From Bugula neritina (taxonomy: Eukaryota; Animalia; Bryozoa), in NCBI GenBank assembly GCA_964035545.1, contig OZ037769.1, positions 7,483,929 to 7,547,928 on the forward strand: a stretch of DNA of 64,000 nt, in the 5' to 3' direction. Under the pieces are notes generated by a model. The model saw nothing but the letters and a program-made list of their open reading frames with translations. It ran no database searches and had not been told where the DNA came from. A program made the translations under genes and the position numbers. This document shows, piece by piece, positions 13,798-27,800 of this stretch (positions are counted from its first letter, which is position 1; every line of letters begins with the position of its first letter).

Positions 13798-14984
13798 TAT
13801 AGACACATTTTAATTAGGTTGATGTAAATTGTCTCCTAGCTTATATCATATATATAAATAAACAGCTCAAGTCTATAATCTAAAAGAGTATGGCTCTATT
13901 ATTAAACAATGTAATAGTTAGGCAGCAGATGTAGAAAAATATGTGTTATCTCACCATGGGTTGCTTGTCCATAATCTCTGTAGAAGTCTACTCCAGTTTT
14001 TACAGATAACTTAGTAGCTTAAGATTAAAGTTTTTTAATCCAAAAATGTGAAACTTACTTTTTTGTGCATAAGTCATACTTGATGACTAAATCTTAGCAA
14101 TTTGAACAATAATATTCAGTTACACAATGTTACACATTTGTTGCCGGAAGTATAAATAGGGACTTCCTTTTTAGCCATCTGCCCAGTTAAAATTATGAAC
14201 AAGGTGACTCATTCTACACATGTGTAGCTTCCCTTACTATACTAGAGATGTTTACTCGGCTGTAATTTAATAGCATTGCTTTGCAGCACAGTATTGAGAA
14301 TTGGTGAAAAATTGAATTGATTTCCTCGCATAAGAAAAAAAACCATTTTATCCAGAAAATGTAATTGGACGAGACAGCATTATGTGACACTCTTTTTATA
14401 TCTGAAGTAGCTTCCTAGTGAGATCACAGAGGTTCCTGTTATTAGAATGTATGTAAAATTGAACGTTAAGAGTGGTGGGTCTAAACATAAATTTATTCTA
14501 ATCTCACATAAAAAGAATAATTTAATGACCAAAAAATTTGTTTTCTCAGTAAAAACTTGACATAGAAATCCACATAATTTATATGACTTCCTGCAGATAG
14601 TGAATATGTTGAACTTATAGTATATAGTGTGTTATAAAACGCCAACAAGTATAGACGACGAAAAACAAGCATATAAACAACTTTAGTAAGTAGGCATGTC
14701 CTAGCACCATTAAAACCAAATAAAAAAGTAACTATAAAGACAAAGACTAGATTACTTATGCCCATGGTAAAGGCAAACAGTTTTTAGCAAATAAAATAGA
14801 CTTTTTAGCAAAAAATACAAACAAAATCTTTACAGCTACAAGCAAAAATTCTGACACTTGATACTTGTTCATTTGTTCTGAGATTCCAATTAATATGACT
14901 ATTCGAAAACGAAACTCAACATTTGCAACATTTAGCTACTATTACTTAATACAACCACAATAATATAAAATCAGTATACTATGG

Positions 14985-17900
14985 CTAATTATATTTTGGA
15001 AACCAGCGTCCTGGTTGGTTAACTCGGCAGTGGCGAATTTCTTCTTTTTCACCACAAACTCTGTTAAAGGTGCTGTCAGGAGACATTCCCAGTAGAGATC
15101 TTTCTTCGTAAATCCGAGTAGAGAAGGTGGAAGTGCTTGTGCCAATAAAGTGACTAGTATGAAACATTTTACAAAACAAAAGTTGATAAAACAGCAAAAT
15201 ATAAGTTAAAAATATAACAAATGCTTCGTCTACAGCTCGGCCAGTATGAGCAGAAACCAAAACTATTTCTTACTTAGCAGCTTTGTTTTACAAACTTCTA
15301 CAGCATGAAATGTGGCTATTGTTTGAAAAAAAATTTAAAATGCCAAACAAACATCAACTGAGTATAAGGTTTCACTTTTACTCCATGTTCCGAAAATCTC
15401 TTAAAAGTTTTACTGCAGACCATTGCAACAAAAATACAGCAGCTTGTTTATTGACTGTATTACACTTGCTAAATTTACGCAGGATAACGAATAAATAAAA
15501 TATAATTAACAATTCGAGTAGCAACTAATAAAGTTACGATATTTATTCCCTTCTTTTAAATCATGAAAGCCCTAAATGTAGTCATGTCAATACATTTTAT
15601 TGTAGGGGTAGACAATCCTAAATTACTGATAGACAGAAAGAAGCTTATTTTTGAATGAATATATGATGCAATTTCAATGATTTTAACAACTTGCCTCCAC
15701 CATGCAAGAAAACTGGATGGAACTATCATTTGATAAATTGAAATGGCTTCACATTCAACTCACACTGATAATTCTTGAGACTCTCAAGTTAAACACTCAC
15801 CGAGCATGTGCAGCAATCCACTGGTCTACAACAGCCACACCTCCGTCAAGCAATTTTGACAGTTCCTTTTTTGATGGACGGAACCGATACAATTCATACT
15901 TGCTGAGTAGTCCCTTCAGTGTTTTATATTCTGTCAATTTGAATCAATCATAATATTATAAATAAGCAAAGTAGTCTTGAATAAATTAAATAAAACCCAA
16001 CAAACCAATTGTTAACTTTTATATATACAACAGTTATCTGTGTTGCTAACTTTATATTTCTACAAAATAAGTAGCCCTCTACCGCACAAAATTCCTAGAT
16101 GTAGATTTGTTTCGGTGATAAGCTTTACATGCAAAAACATGATTTTTACTCTTAAAAATCAAAATGTTCAAGTAGTAAAGTGTAATAGTTGTATTATTAA
16201 CAACCCTTTAAAATTATCAAAATTAGGCTTGCAAGAAACATAGCAAAATTACTTTGATAAAATGATTAGGACTTTTCATGACAACATTCACATAGCATCA
16301 AAAAACATTGGAATGTTACAATATGCAATTGGATTTTTACAGTAAATATATATAGAAGACATGATAAACAATATATTTAAATATGATGACAAATAACTCA
16401 ATTATTAGCAGAGATGAATAACATATTGGTGGACTGATGGAGAGTATATAACTGGTAGAGAGTATATAACTGATAGAGAGTATATAACTGATAGAGAGTA
16501 TATAACTATAGCTTACCAGAAGCTGAGCCATCAGTTGCTATGAAGATTTTCTTCAGACCAAGTTTAACCATCAACTCATCCAGCTGTTTGGCAGCATACT
16601 CCAAGGAAGGAACCTCCTTTGTATCATGCCATGTGAAGTCATTCCTACGAAGGTGAGCTGCCAGATAGGGGCCACCTTTAGCACTGCCCAGCTCTCTCTA
16701 TAGTCGCACATAAACTCTAATACATGAAGAAAGTTGAGACACAGCAAAGTGGTTGCACTAATTGAACGCCCATCAGCAAATACTACAATGTTTTCTTGGA
16801 ATTTCATTCTAAACATAGCAATATTAACTCATACTCAATGTTTGAAATGTTCTTTAACTTAAAATTATGGTTCTATTACAATATATGTATTTTTAGTATG
16901 CTTATCAGTTGGTGGATACAATATAAATATTAATAAACTTGTAAATATTAGAATTCATACAAGGAATTGGTAAAGAATGACAAACCTCCTGCTTAGTCCA
17001 ATCATCATCTACGACAGTTAGATCTCTTTCGTCATCTGAATCCAAATAATCTTTCCTAAACTTGTCAGCTGTTGCTATTAGAGACTTGGAGAATCTGACA
17101 CTCCGTCTTGCCTGTAATGACATACAGCAGAAAGAATGATCACATAATCATTGGCTAACAAGACTGCAGATCCTGCTAGCGCAGGTAATCACTAGTTTAC
17201 ACCCAGTGATATAGTTAAGACCGAGTGATGTAGTAATGACAGCCCCATATAAAATTGTTATAGCAAAATTAACGCATGATGAAATAATACCGTCTTTGTG
17301 TCAAAAATTAATAATTGAAAAATTTAATTAATATTGTTTGAGCCATAATGAAGCAATTATTTCACACCTAATTCCTTATTTTAGCCAGCCTCAGTTAAAT
17401 AATCTAAACTCTAGAGTAATTCAATAACAAAAAATAGCAACTAGACATAGTTTGTTCATATCTAAACATTTGATATTCAGAAAAAAACAATCAAAGACGA
17501 GAAGCAATAGAGTTCAAACTTACAGTCCAAAACTCCTTGCTCCACTCGGAGTACATGCCATGATTGAGCGTCTCAGCCCGGTCTATCATCACAGATTGAC
17601 CTTCAGCCTCTTCCCGTAAGAAGCCGAGAAAGTTTCCTATATCATTCTGTATAGAGAGGCAGTTGAATTTTTTAGCCATAATATCATATCCCCAGAACCA
17701 GCCAGCTGTTATGTTGCTTTCTCTCTACAAGTACGCAACCAGTCGTCATGACTCACTCATCTAGCAGAGGTGACAGGAACAGCAAGTGCTCTAGTAGTGA
17801 TGAATCACACTGCCACTAAAAGTCATTCACAACATTCACTACCAAAGCAAATACTTAATCTTAGACAAAAAAAGAGATTGTAAAATATAAAGTTGGTAAA

Positions 17901-19727
17901 AAGAAAAATTGTGCCGTAAAAACATGCAATTGAAACTTTCAGTATTATATTAAGAAGACGGTTAGTGAAATAAAATAAATATATAAAAATAACTGCCGAC
18001 ATCGACACTATTCATACTTGAACTGATCAACATATACAGTTGCAATGAACACTAGTTTCATATAATAAGGTCTGTACCCTTGTATAGTAAGAATTCTTTT
18101 CATTGCAGGGTCGGATATGACGTCGAACAGACCACTCTCCATTTATCCAACCATCAGCATAGTTTTGAAGGTAGTACAGATCATCTATCAGAGATGGCAC
18201 TCCCACCACTGTAGTACAAAGAAAAACAATTATTTTGTAACATTATACTAGCATTTATTTCCTACATGCTTTTTTGAACTTCAAAGTAGTATGAATTAAC
18301 AAATATTGAATTAGAGGTGGGAATACGATGAGTAAAAATTCGACAAAATTGGAGCAAAGTGTACACAAATTTAGCACGTTTATTGTTGCAAGGAAAGCAA
18401 TAAAGTTGCTTGAGAAACTTCTTTAAAACCAAAACTTACACTATTTTTAGCAATTCAAACTTAAACTAATTATGTTTTAGCGATCAAAAAAAAAAGAAAG
18501 TAGAAGCTGAAAAACTGCATCCTCAAAATTAGCAGTAAGATTTTTACAAGTCAACATTTGGCCTACACGAATGCTTTTGTAACTTTTCAGTTTTATTATA
18601 TTTATTTTCACATGATAGTTCGAGTTTTACTGTGCATGTTCAGACCACTGCACAAAAGCTAACATTCTTGTGCACAATGAGCAAGCAATATAAGTAGATA
18701 CAATATTCTTGTTTGGATGGCATACATTTCCAATAAAAACTGATACTCTTGTGTATTAGCTAATCCAATATAGAGTTAGTCTCAATCTATATATGCAAAT
18801 GCCACAATACACAACTAAATATTTGCGACAATTTCATTTTAAGCCATCTATGATCCAGTTTATTGCTTGCTCAAAGTGAACAACTAACTTAGTAAATCTA
18901 TTTAAATTATAAACCAGGCTGAACAGATTCTTACACTTGATCCAATCAGTGAGCTCTATAACGGGAACATGTCTTCTCAGACTATCAAGGTCAAAGAAGT
19001 GGCTCCACGGTATTTTTGTTTGCTCTATCTCACTTTGCCAGTGGAAGTTTTCACTCCATGGGGGCAGCACCAACACCCATTGCGAGTCACCATTCTCATC
19101 ATTCAAAAACTTTACCTATAACCACATTACAGTATTCCTGTAAATAATGAAACGCTCCTTTTTAGTTCCAATCAAATCATTACTTATGCAAGAACTATTT
19201 GTAAAAATAACCTCACCATATTTGCCATCCGTAAATAAACATCTCTCCTTAGATTGAATCCTTCAGGTCTGTTGATTTCATACAAAAGATACCTAACAAA
19301 AACAGGCAATTTAGAGAGTGAACCACTTGTATTAGAGCAACCCACAGAATAAAATCAAGTCAAAGACCAGTATTAATTGGTCACAGAACACAATCAGGTA
19401 CAAACAACCGCAAGTATTAGCCTCTCAATTAATTGCCAAAATAAACTTCCAATGCAGAATCTATAACTGCCCAGAAAAAAAAACCTATAGCAATAGTTTA
19501 CTGATAAGTTACTACAAAATTAACTAGCGTTAAATTTATTTTAAATACTCAAGCAGCGACCAAACTTTAACGGGAATATAAATATTCAACTAATGTCTGT
19601 CTGTCTACCTTACAGTTTTAGCAGCCTTCATCTGCATTTGTCCAGAAGCTCCGTCTCCCGCAGAGAATTCATCCTGACCACAGCAGGCAGCCAACATGCA
19701 TGCTGCTAGGAGCAGATTTTGCAGCAT
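14985..19727 (-). CDS. POFUT2: GDP-fucose protein O-fucosyltransferase 2 (437 aa, 9 coding exons)
   Basis: Exons 19727-19609, 19292-19217, 19115-18935, 18208-18078, 17724-17524, 17111-16986, 16697-16517, 15930-15801, 15153-14985, all phase-consistent. Signal peptide plus [69 protein letters not shown] and [11 protein letters not shown]. Confidence 0.95.
16436..16508. repeat. 18-bp tandem repeat (GAGAGTATATAACTGRTA) next to a POFUT2 donor site
   Basis: Four near-identical copies. Confidence 0.85.
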
Positions 19728-20380
19728 TATGCGGATTATAACTAAAGAAAGGATTACAGCAAAGATTAAAGTTGAATAATGTTGAAACTACTAAAAACCT
19801 ATTTGACCTCAGCAATTGAGGTCATTTGCTAACTCTGACTGACTAGATTAGAAAGACTTCACAAAAATAGCATGACTTCAGCATAACTATGCTATATTTC
19901 AGTTAGTAATGTGAGTTATTTAGTTTGCTATAATGCTGACCATGAGTTTTAAATATTTAAACATGCCAGCACACAATCTGGAGAGCTTCCAGGTTTGAAC
20001 AGTCGTCAGTTACTTCATTTTTGAACATATATTTTGGCTATGTACACTGTATAACATTTGGCCTAAAAATTACAATGGGAAATATTACTGAGTAAACTAT
20101 TTATAACTATCAGTGATTAGATATTGCTGCATGACCAGAATTTATTAATTACATTATATATGTTGATATTTTCTTGTAATAGCAACTTATATTACCATTA
20201 CGCTGATGATGCTCATGTGCATCTCATGTTAATGCCAACAATTACCTTATTACTAAGAGTAACAAATTATAAAATAACCAGACATCGCAGTATGAACATC
20301 ATACCGATAATGTCCACTTGCTTGGTGATAGTGGTAGTTTTTTTTAAAGTTTAAATGACTTATGAAAAGCTGTGTATTTA

Positions 20381-22140
20381 CAGTGCTGTGAAAAAGTTTA
20401 AGGACGCTTGCAGTAATTTCTATGTATCTTGTTTAATAGGCATTTCTTGGAAGTTTTTAGTATTTTCCTGCAAGTTCTATATATCAAAATGATCCTTAGA
20501 ATGTTTACTGTGAGTTCCACCTCATATATTTCTACTGCTGTATTGTTTTCTACCCATTTTCGGGCTAACTACACAAGCAGCTAGGAAAGCGCAACTCCTG
20601 TGTTTTTATGTTTCCAAAGTTTATCGCTTCTGATAACCACAAAAGGCTAAACAGTGAAATTTTATATGTGCATGGCATCATGATATCATAAAGCATGACT
20701 TTCTTCCATAATTTAAAATCTGTCATTCAGTTGTAAGCTTTTACATGGTGTCCACTTAGGTGCTGCGCATAGACAAAATGAGAACTGTAAATCTTACTTC
20801 AAAAGCAAGGTTTGTAATAATTTTCTTGCAAAACGAAGGTTATGCAGTTAGGAAATTATCTGAAAAGGTTGGCAAAGCAAAGACAACTGTACATCAAATT
20901 ATCAAGAAGTTTATGGAGACTGGCAGTGTAGCAGATCAACCTGGAAGTGGACGACCAAAAATAAGCACACTCAGAGATGACAAGGTTCTCATTAGGATCA
21001 GCAAGAAGGATCGTCATAAAACAAGTTCCGAGTTGACAAAGAATGCTCAGAATCAACAGGAACAGCAGCTTCAGCATCCCAGATAAGGCAAAGATTGCTG
21101 AGCCATGGTCTACATGGTTGCAAAGCAAGAAGGAAGCCTCTACTAACCGAGAAGTAGCAAAAAACCGGCTACGGTGGGCCAAGGAGCATGGTAGTTAGAC
21201 AGTGAATGCTTAGAAAAAAGTGATTATTTCAGATGAATCCACATTTAATGTGAACAATCATGCTGAAAACTGTTTTGTTAGAAGATACCAGTATGAGAAA
21301 TATAACCCCTAATGTATTCTTCGAACAATTAAGCACCCTATCGATGTTATGTTCTGGGGTTGTATAACATCAACAGGTGTAGGTCGACTCATTAATTGGT
21401 CTGGAATGATGTTAATGCTCAAAAATATATGGAGAATCTCAATGCTAAACTTCTTTCAATCATAAAAAATTTCTTTTTAAATGAAATTAACATATTTGAA
21501 AATGACAATGCACCATGCCATTGGGCAAAATCTGTTAAAGAGTGGATGAAAAAACAGAGGGTCTCAACGCTTAACTGGCCAGCACACAGTCGGGACTTGA
21601 ACCCAATAAGGAATTCATGGTCAAGAATGGCTAAAATAGTCTCTTCACAGAAACCAACAACTAAGGTGACACTCATAGAGCCTGTAATTCATGCATGGCA
21701 TTATGTGGTGACTGAAAACGAGTTGGAGAAGCTGTACGAGTCGATGCCTCGTCGCTGCCGACTTGTGATTGAGGCCAACAAAACATTGATACTAAAATTT
21801 AAAGCACTGTGTGTTGCAATGCTGCTATAATGTGTATAACAATTCACATGTAAGATTTTTCTATGTTTCAAGCAAAATATTCTGATATCCTACAGTACAC
21901 ACAAATTGTGAAAAGATCGAAAAATTCCCATATATGCATAGTATCTCATTGTTTCACCCAAATTTTGGAAGGAAGTGAAAAGAGAGACTAATAATTTATA
22001 TAAATGAAATAAGGAGACCTTGAGGATCATTTTGATAGGCATCATGCCCATGGATATGCTTTTGTTATGTCTTAAAATTAGCTTGGAACTTTGATATTAT
22101 GGAAAACAGTGAGGCGTCCTTAAACTTTTTCACAGCACTG
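20381..22140 (+). mobile_element. Tc1/mariner (DD34E type) DNA transposon, full length, with a dead transposase
   Basis: Perfect 27-bp TIRs CAGTGCTGTGAAAAAGTTTAAGGACGC and TA on both flanks. Transposase fragments contain HTH/GRPK, SDES, NDNAPCH...DLNPI; the residue 34 positions after the second D is R instead of E. Stops and frameshifts are present. Confidence 0.93.
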
Positions 22141-22859
22141 TATATTGATGGCTGTAATGAAAAAGCTCTGAAAGATTGTCTAGTTAACAACATTATGACA
22201 TAATCATAATGGTTAAAAAGAATTCTGCTTCTTTTTAGTTTAAGTTAAAAGTGAAAATCTCTGACTAGTGTATAATCATAATCATAATGCATGTTGATGT
22301 TGAACTTCATATAAGTATCAGCATCACTATTATTATTAGTATTACTTTTAGCATTAATACTATTAGTATTAACACAACTAGACACTCATTTGATATTTGT
22401 CATTTTGTGTCTGGTAGCAGATTTAGTAATAAACTCAAACTGTATTCTAATCTATCACTATGTAATTTTAATTTGGTTATATATTTTAGGCCGTATTAAA
22501 AATATGTATAATAACAATTATGATTAGTATAATGGTAATCCTCATCAAATAATCACAATGTACATACTAATACTGATAGTGATACAGTGACACTGACAGT
22601 TATGATATTCATATTGAATTTGATGCAGTGTGAGTGATACTCTCAGTCTTTATTATTGTATTAATGATACCAATAATAAAACAGTAAAAACAGTCACCAC
22701 TCACTGTTACTGACAGTAATAAAAAATAATATACTGTGCTTTAAATTTAACAATAATAAACCTGATAATGATAATAGTAATTAAACCAATATTAATGTTC
22801 TTACTAGAAGTATGAGATTAAGTATTATCATAATGATAGTAAAGTAACAGCAGCTGCAC

Positions 22860-23140
22860 AGGAAGCGACTTTATTTCACCACGTGGAATACAGGATTATT
22901 ATATTGATGAACAGTCTTATTGGCCGATTGTGAGACGATTGAAAAAGAACAAAGGTCGGCAAACCGGTCCCACGTGATCTCATCTTCGTCGTGCGGACAG
23001 TGAAGACTCGGGAAACTTGGTTCTACTTCTTCTCTGAACTTCTCATCACTTGATAGTAATATCTGAGCAATACTTTCTAATTACTAGCTAAATTATTTTA
23101 ACCTGTTTTATTTCTGGCTTCAACTACACTGCCAACAGGT
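22860..23140 (+). promoter_or_regulatory. Putative eIF4E (possibly bidirectional POFUT2/eIF4E) promoter and non-coding first exon
   Basis: Local CpG-rich patch with two CACGTG E-boxes (22880-22885, 22971-22976), ATTGG/CCAAT, a pyrimidine-rich leader and a candidate donor CAG|GTGAAA near 23138. The eIF4E ATG is directly preceded by an acceptor (TTAG|ATG). Confidence 0.5.
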
Positions 23141-23649
23141 GAAAAATAATTATACGTTTGACATATAATTACTTAAATTAGAGAAATACTAATAGTAATA
23201 CTAATAGAATAAAAATTAAAATAACCATTACTGATTACACTTACAGTTTACATGCACTTGCATGGATTTTCATTTTGAAACTCAAAGTGAAAGTTAAATC
23301 ACTATCAATATGAGTCTCAGTATCACAGTATCAGTATCCGAATGAGATTACTGATGAGTGACTGTTTGACCTTTAGTTAGTGTAAGTGTGACGCTGTCGT
23401 TTTGATTATCAAATGACCTATATTTATTTTGTCTTTTATTAAGTTATTGCTACTGGGAATAAGATTTTATCTTAGTTTTATTTAAAGATTGAGTAATAAT
23501 TATATTAAATTTAATAACTATATGAATAAGCATAAGTTGAACTTCAAGTTTGACTAATACCAATACTTATAGTTGTACTTTTACTTCTAGTTTTACTTTA
23601 ATTATAAATTAAAGTCACCAGAACTATTAAAGGAAAATGTATCTAAAAT

Positions 23650-23860
23650 TAGTAGTAGTACTACTAATAGTAATAGTACTAATATTAATAGTAAAATTAA
23701 ATCTAGTGCTAAGTTTAATATAGTGATGCTGTAATACTAATACTAATAGTAACACTAATAGTCTAATACTAATAGTAACACTAATACTAGCCTAATAGTA
23801 ACACTAATAGTAATAGTAACACTAATACTAATAGTAAGTTATGGTAATACTAATACTAAA
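23650..23860. repeat. Degenerate (TACTAA/TAGTAA)n simple repeat
   Basis: Visible hexamer runs. Confidence 0.8.
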
Positions 23861-24813
23861 TCAGTATCATTAAAAGTAAAACTAAATGTAAATAAACTAA
23901 TTGAGTACTGACTACTAATTCTAAATCAAATTACTAATTTATAGTAACTAGTATTTTTAGTACTATTGGTATTGCTGTATTGGACTGTAGAGAGTAACAC
24001 TAACAGTTCAGGCAGTAGGTTTTCATTCAGAATCATAATGAGTGGTGACTAAAAGGAAAAATAGAATGCCGAATTCTAGTTTGAAGAGTTCGAGGCAATA
24101 TGAGAGTTTTAACTTCAACTGTGTCTACTAGTACTTCACCAGTTCTATTACTATTGCTTTTTAATTTTACTACTCCCGGGGTACTTGTACTGTAGTTCTA
24201 AGGAAGTATTTTATCAATCACCAATGCCAATTCTAACTTCTTAATAATTATTCATTGCAATTGTGGCTATGATGCAGTAATATGTTATTTTAATGATTTT
24301 AGTTGTGATAAGTTATAAATTATTATTATAAGCTATGAATATCATTGTGAGTTATTTTTATAAAAACAATTATTGAAATTTTGTTTGGTCTTAAATAAGT
24401 ATAAATCATCTACTCATGTTGAAAACAGACATATTGACATTCTGACTTTAAACCGGTGCTGCTTACACTCACTGTCATTGTGACTGCTACTTACTAAATC
24501 ATTATGAAAGTTGTTACCTACTGGTAAGTCACATTGTCACACCTGCTGTGAAGAATACACTTAACAATATTTTGAAATTAAAATTTTTAGGTTTGGTTCT
24601 TGGGCATAATAGAGCGTTATAGAGCTTGATGTAAATGTATTAACCTTTTTATCTAATCGATCAGGTTATATGCCTGTGTATATGTATGTGTGTATATATA
24701 TGTGTGTATATGTTTGTGCGTGTTTGCAGGTGTGTGCACATGTACAGGTAAGCTAACGGTTTCTGTTCTTTCAACATAAGCCTACAATCTAATGCTAGTT
24801 TCATATTGATTAG

Positions 24814-27800
24814 ATGCCTGACCAAGTTTCAAGCCCACCCCCTGCCACTAGTAATCCCAAAGACCAGAACTCTGGGGATGGTGTTGCAGAGAGCAATGCG
24901 GAAGCAACGTCGGCTGAACCTGGGTCGCTAGTCAAGCATCCTTTACAGAATAAATGGGCTTTGTGGTATTTCAAAAACGATCGTAGCAAAAACTGGGACG
25001 ATAATCTCAAAATAGTTGCCAAATTTCAATTTGTGGAAGATTTCTGGGCGTAAGTGCATTTACATGTCTGACCCTTCTCCTATCAGATAGCCATAACAGC
25101 ATATTATATTTGTAAGTTATAATAATGTGGTGATCTAAATGATAATTTTATATGATATTCTATTTATGACAAGGTGTTGCAACATCAGCTCAATATGAAT
25201 AATAATTTAATGCTAGTAGTTGTAAATACAATTATTTTATTGATATATACAATTTAGCCATAGGCAATCTAGCCTATTACATTTTACATTATCTGAATAT
25301 CGTGTCTATGCCTACTACACAATGTTTGTGGACATATTTGTTTGTTGACAAAATTTAATCTTTCTCTTTTCGTCTGCTTGTCCTTAAAAAAGGCGTTTTT
25401 TGAAAGGCTAGAGTTATATAGGTGGTGGTTATGCCCTGGAGTGTGCAGCTACAAGAGTAACATTTACTTGCTAATTAATTGCAATATAAAATCATTGACT
25501 GGCAAGTGGAAATCCCCTTACTACTAGGGGAGGGCCCTTCACCTAATCTGCATATCAATCAGTTGTCACATAAAGGTACAAAGCTGTTGATAACAATCAA
25601 GGCTTTCAGCGCACGTGTCATGATAAAATCAATTTCTAGACTACATCAATTAGACTTTAGAATAGCCGTAGAACTTCAGTTTGAATAGGTATAAGGACTT
25701 ATAATGAAACATTATGCTCTATTCAGCTCTAGCTGCTAATAAGCAAAGGGTAAAATGTGGGTTTTTTTCTTGCTGGGTTTATATATAGTGCTGAGTCTTA
25801 TAAAAATAGTGTGTTATTTGTTATTTCTATTGATTGAATATTTATTTCCTTCTGCACTCATTGTTGATGAGAGATTTTTTAGTCAGGTTCTTCCCGAATC
25901 CACAATTTTGCTTAATGAGAATGCTTTTGTATTTTTATCGACCTGCTTATTAAAAGCTCTTTCCCATATAGATGCTAATGTAGTTGCATGCTGCTGAAAT
26001 GAGATAAACATTGTTGACAAGGTTCATGTGGCAATACCACTGCACACAAGCTAAGAATTATTGATAGCAAAAGTAATTTTTGCTGACTAGAGTTGTTAAC
26101 ATAGCTAAGTTTGTCTGCATGTTACTTTATGAAGCTCTTCCTTAAAATATAATGGAATATTGTAGGCTCTATAATCACATACAACCAGCCAGCAGACTAC
26201 AAACAGGGTGTGATTACTCCTTATTTAAGGTAAGTAATGTACATTGGCTGTATCTAGACATTTGATTCGAACCTAGTACTGCTTGTCCCAATATGCTAGG
26301 TGTTGAGGCTGTAATAAGCTGCTTGCTGATTTACTACATGCATGTGCCTAGAGCTAGGGCCACGTAAGCCAAATTTTTGCATGGGCCTCTAACAAAACTT
26401 TTGGAGCAGTGATCAAATTGGCTGAGCACTATTTAGTGAGCTCACTTCAAGTTTTGGTTTTACATTTTTATTCCACCATTTGCGATTTTTTGAAAAATGG
26501 CAGTGACATTTTAAAAAGAAATAATTTAGTAAAGGGCAGTAAAGGTATTGGCAATTGTTCACTTTAGTTTGCTTCTGCTGGCAAAGTATTTCATTGACAA
26601 GTAACTGTGCAGTGAGCAGGTAACTACAATTTCGTGCACAAAATCCTGCTTGATTTGGCCCTGGCTTTACCACACCAATGCAGTTCATGCAGTCCATGCT
26701 TTACCACATCTACAGTTCATGCAGTTCAGAACTTTCTGTGGGTGCAACCCTTAGCATTGAGCACATGCTGTCTTGCTCTCACATAGAAGTAAAGAGTAAT
26801 GTTTATTTGTTTCCTAGAACTTTTTATTTTGCTAATTGTCATCTTTATTATGGATGATATCATGATTGAAGCTTTTGTGCTATTATTGCTGTCTGTCACG
26901 ATGTTATTGTAAAAACACATTGTTGTTTGATTGATGAGGCAAATACATGTGAAAAACAAAATTTTTTGACCAATTGTGTCTCAACAGCCACTTCATGAAT
27001 GAATTGAAATTTTCACCTCAGCAGCATATTCTAAGCCGTGACTTTGCCTCAGTGTGTTCTAGCATTAAGTATTTTTTACCCAAGTCCCACGTTATAGACA
27101 TGTATAGACAAGCTGTGTTGTATTTATAGGATGGAATTAGGCCTGCCTGGGAAGATCAGCGTAACAAATTGGGAGGAAGATGGCTCTTGACTCTAAATAA
27201 ACAGCAGAGGAGCGAAGAACTTGATAGCTTTTGGTTGGAAACGGTACTCATGATAGCTTTAGCACTTTTAAATATGCAACTGAATTTCCCGGTAGATGAG
27301 CTACCAAGTTGATTATATCCATTTGTGACTCATTAAAAAATAATATTGAGATGTGGGAGATAGTATATAGCCCAATGTTATAACTCTGCGTTATTGTAAT
27401 ATGCCAAAGATTTTATGTAGCATTAGTTATTGGTTCATACTAACTTTTCCGTACTGTTATTATCCTATAAGAGTTGAAAATTGTCTTCTCTTGTAAACTG
27501 TTGACGCCAAAATCGTTCACCCAGCTATCTATATGTAATCATAGCAATAAACAGATTCATTGGAGTTAATATATTAATTTTACAAAAAAATAAGTTTTTC
27601 TTTTTGTTATTTTGTCTTCAGAATTTATTTCAATCTAATCACGATACTAATATTGTCTGCAGCTACTCTGTTTAATTGGAGAAGCTTTTGAAGAATATGG
27701 TGATGATATTTGTGGTGCAACAATTAATGTACGTGGCAAAGCAGATAAACTGGCTATATGGACTGCGGATGTGGAAAACAAAGAAGCTGTAATGGCTATC

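Noticed and set aside
26354-26663. Possible hAT MITE in an eIF4E intron (TAGGGCCA...TGGCCCTG)
   Set aside because: TIR match is short and there is no convincing 8-bp TSD.
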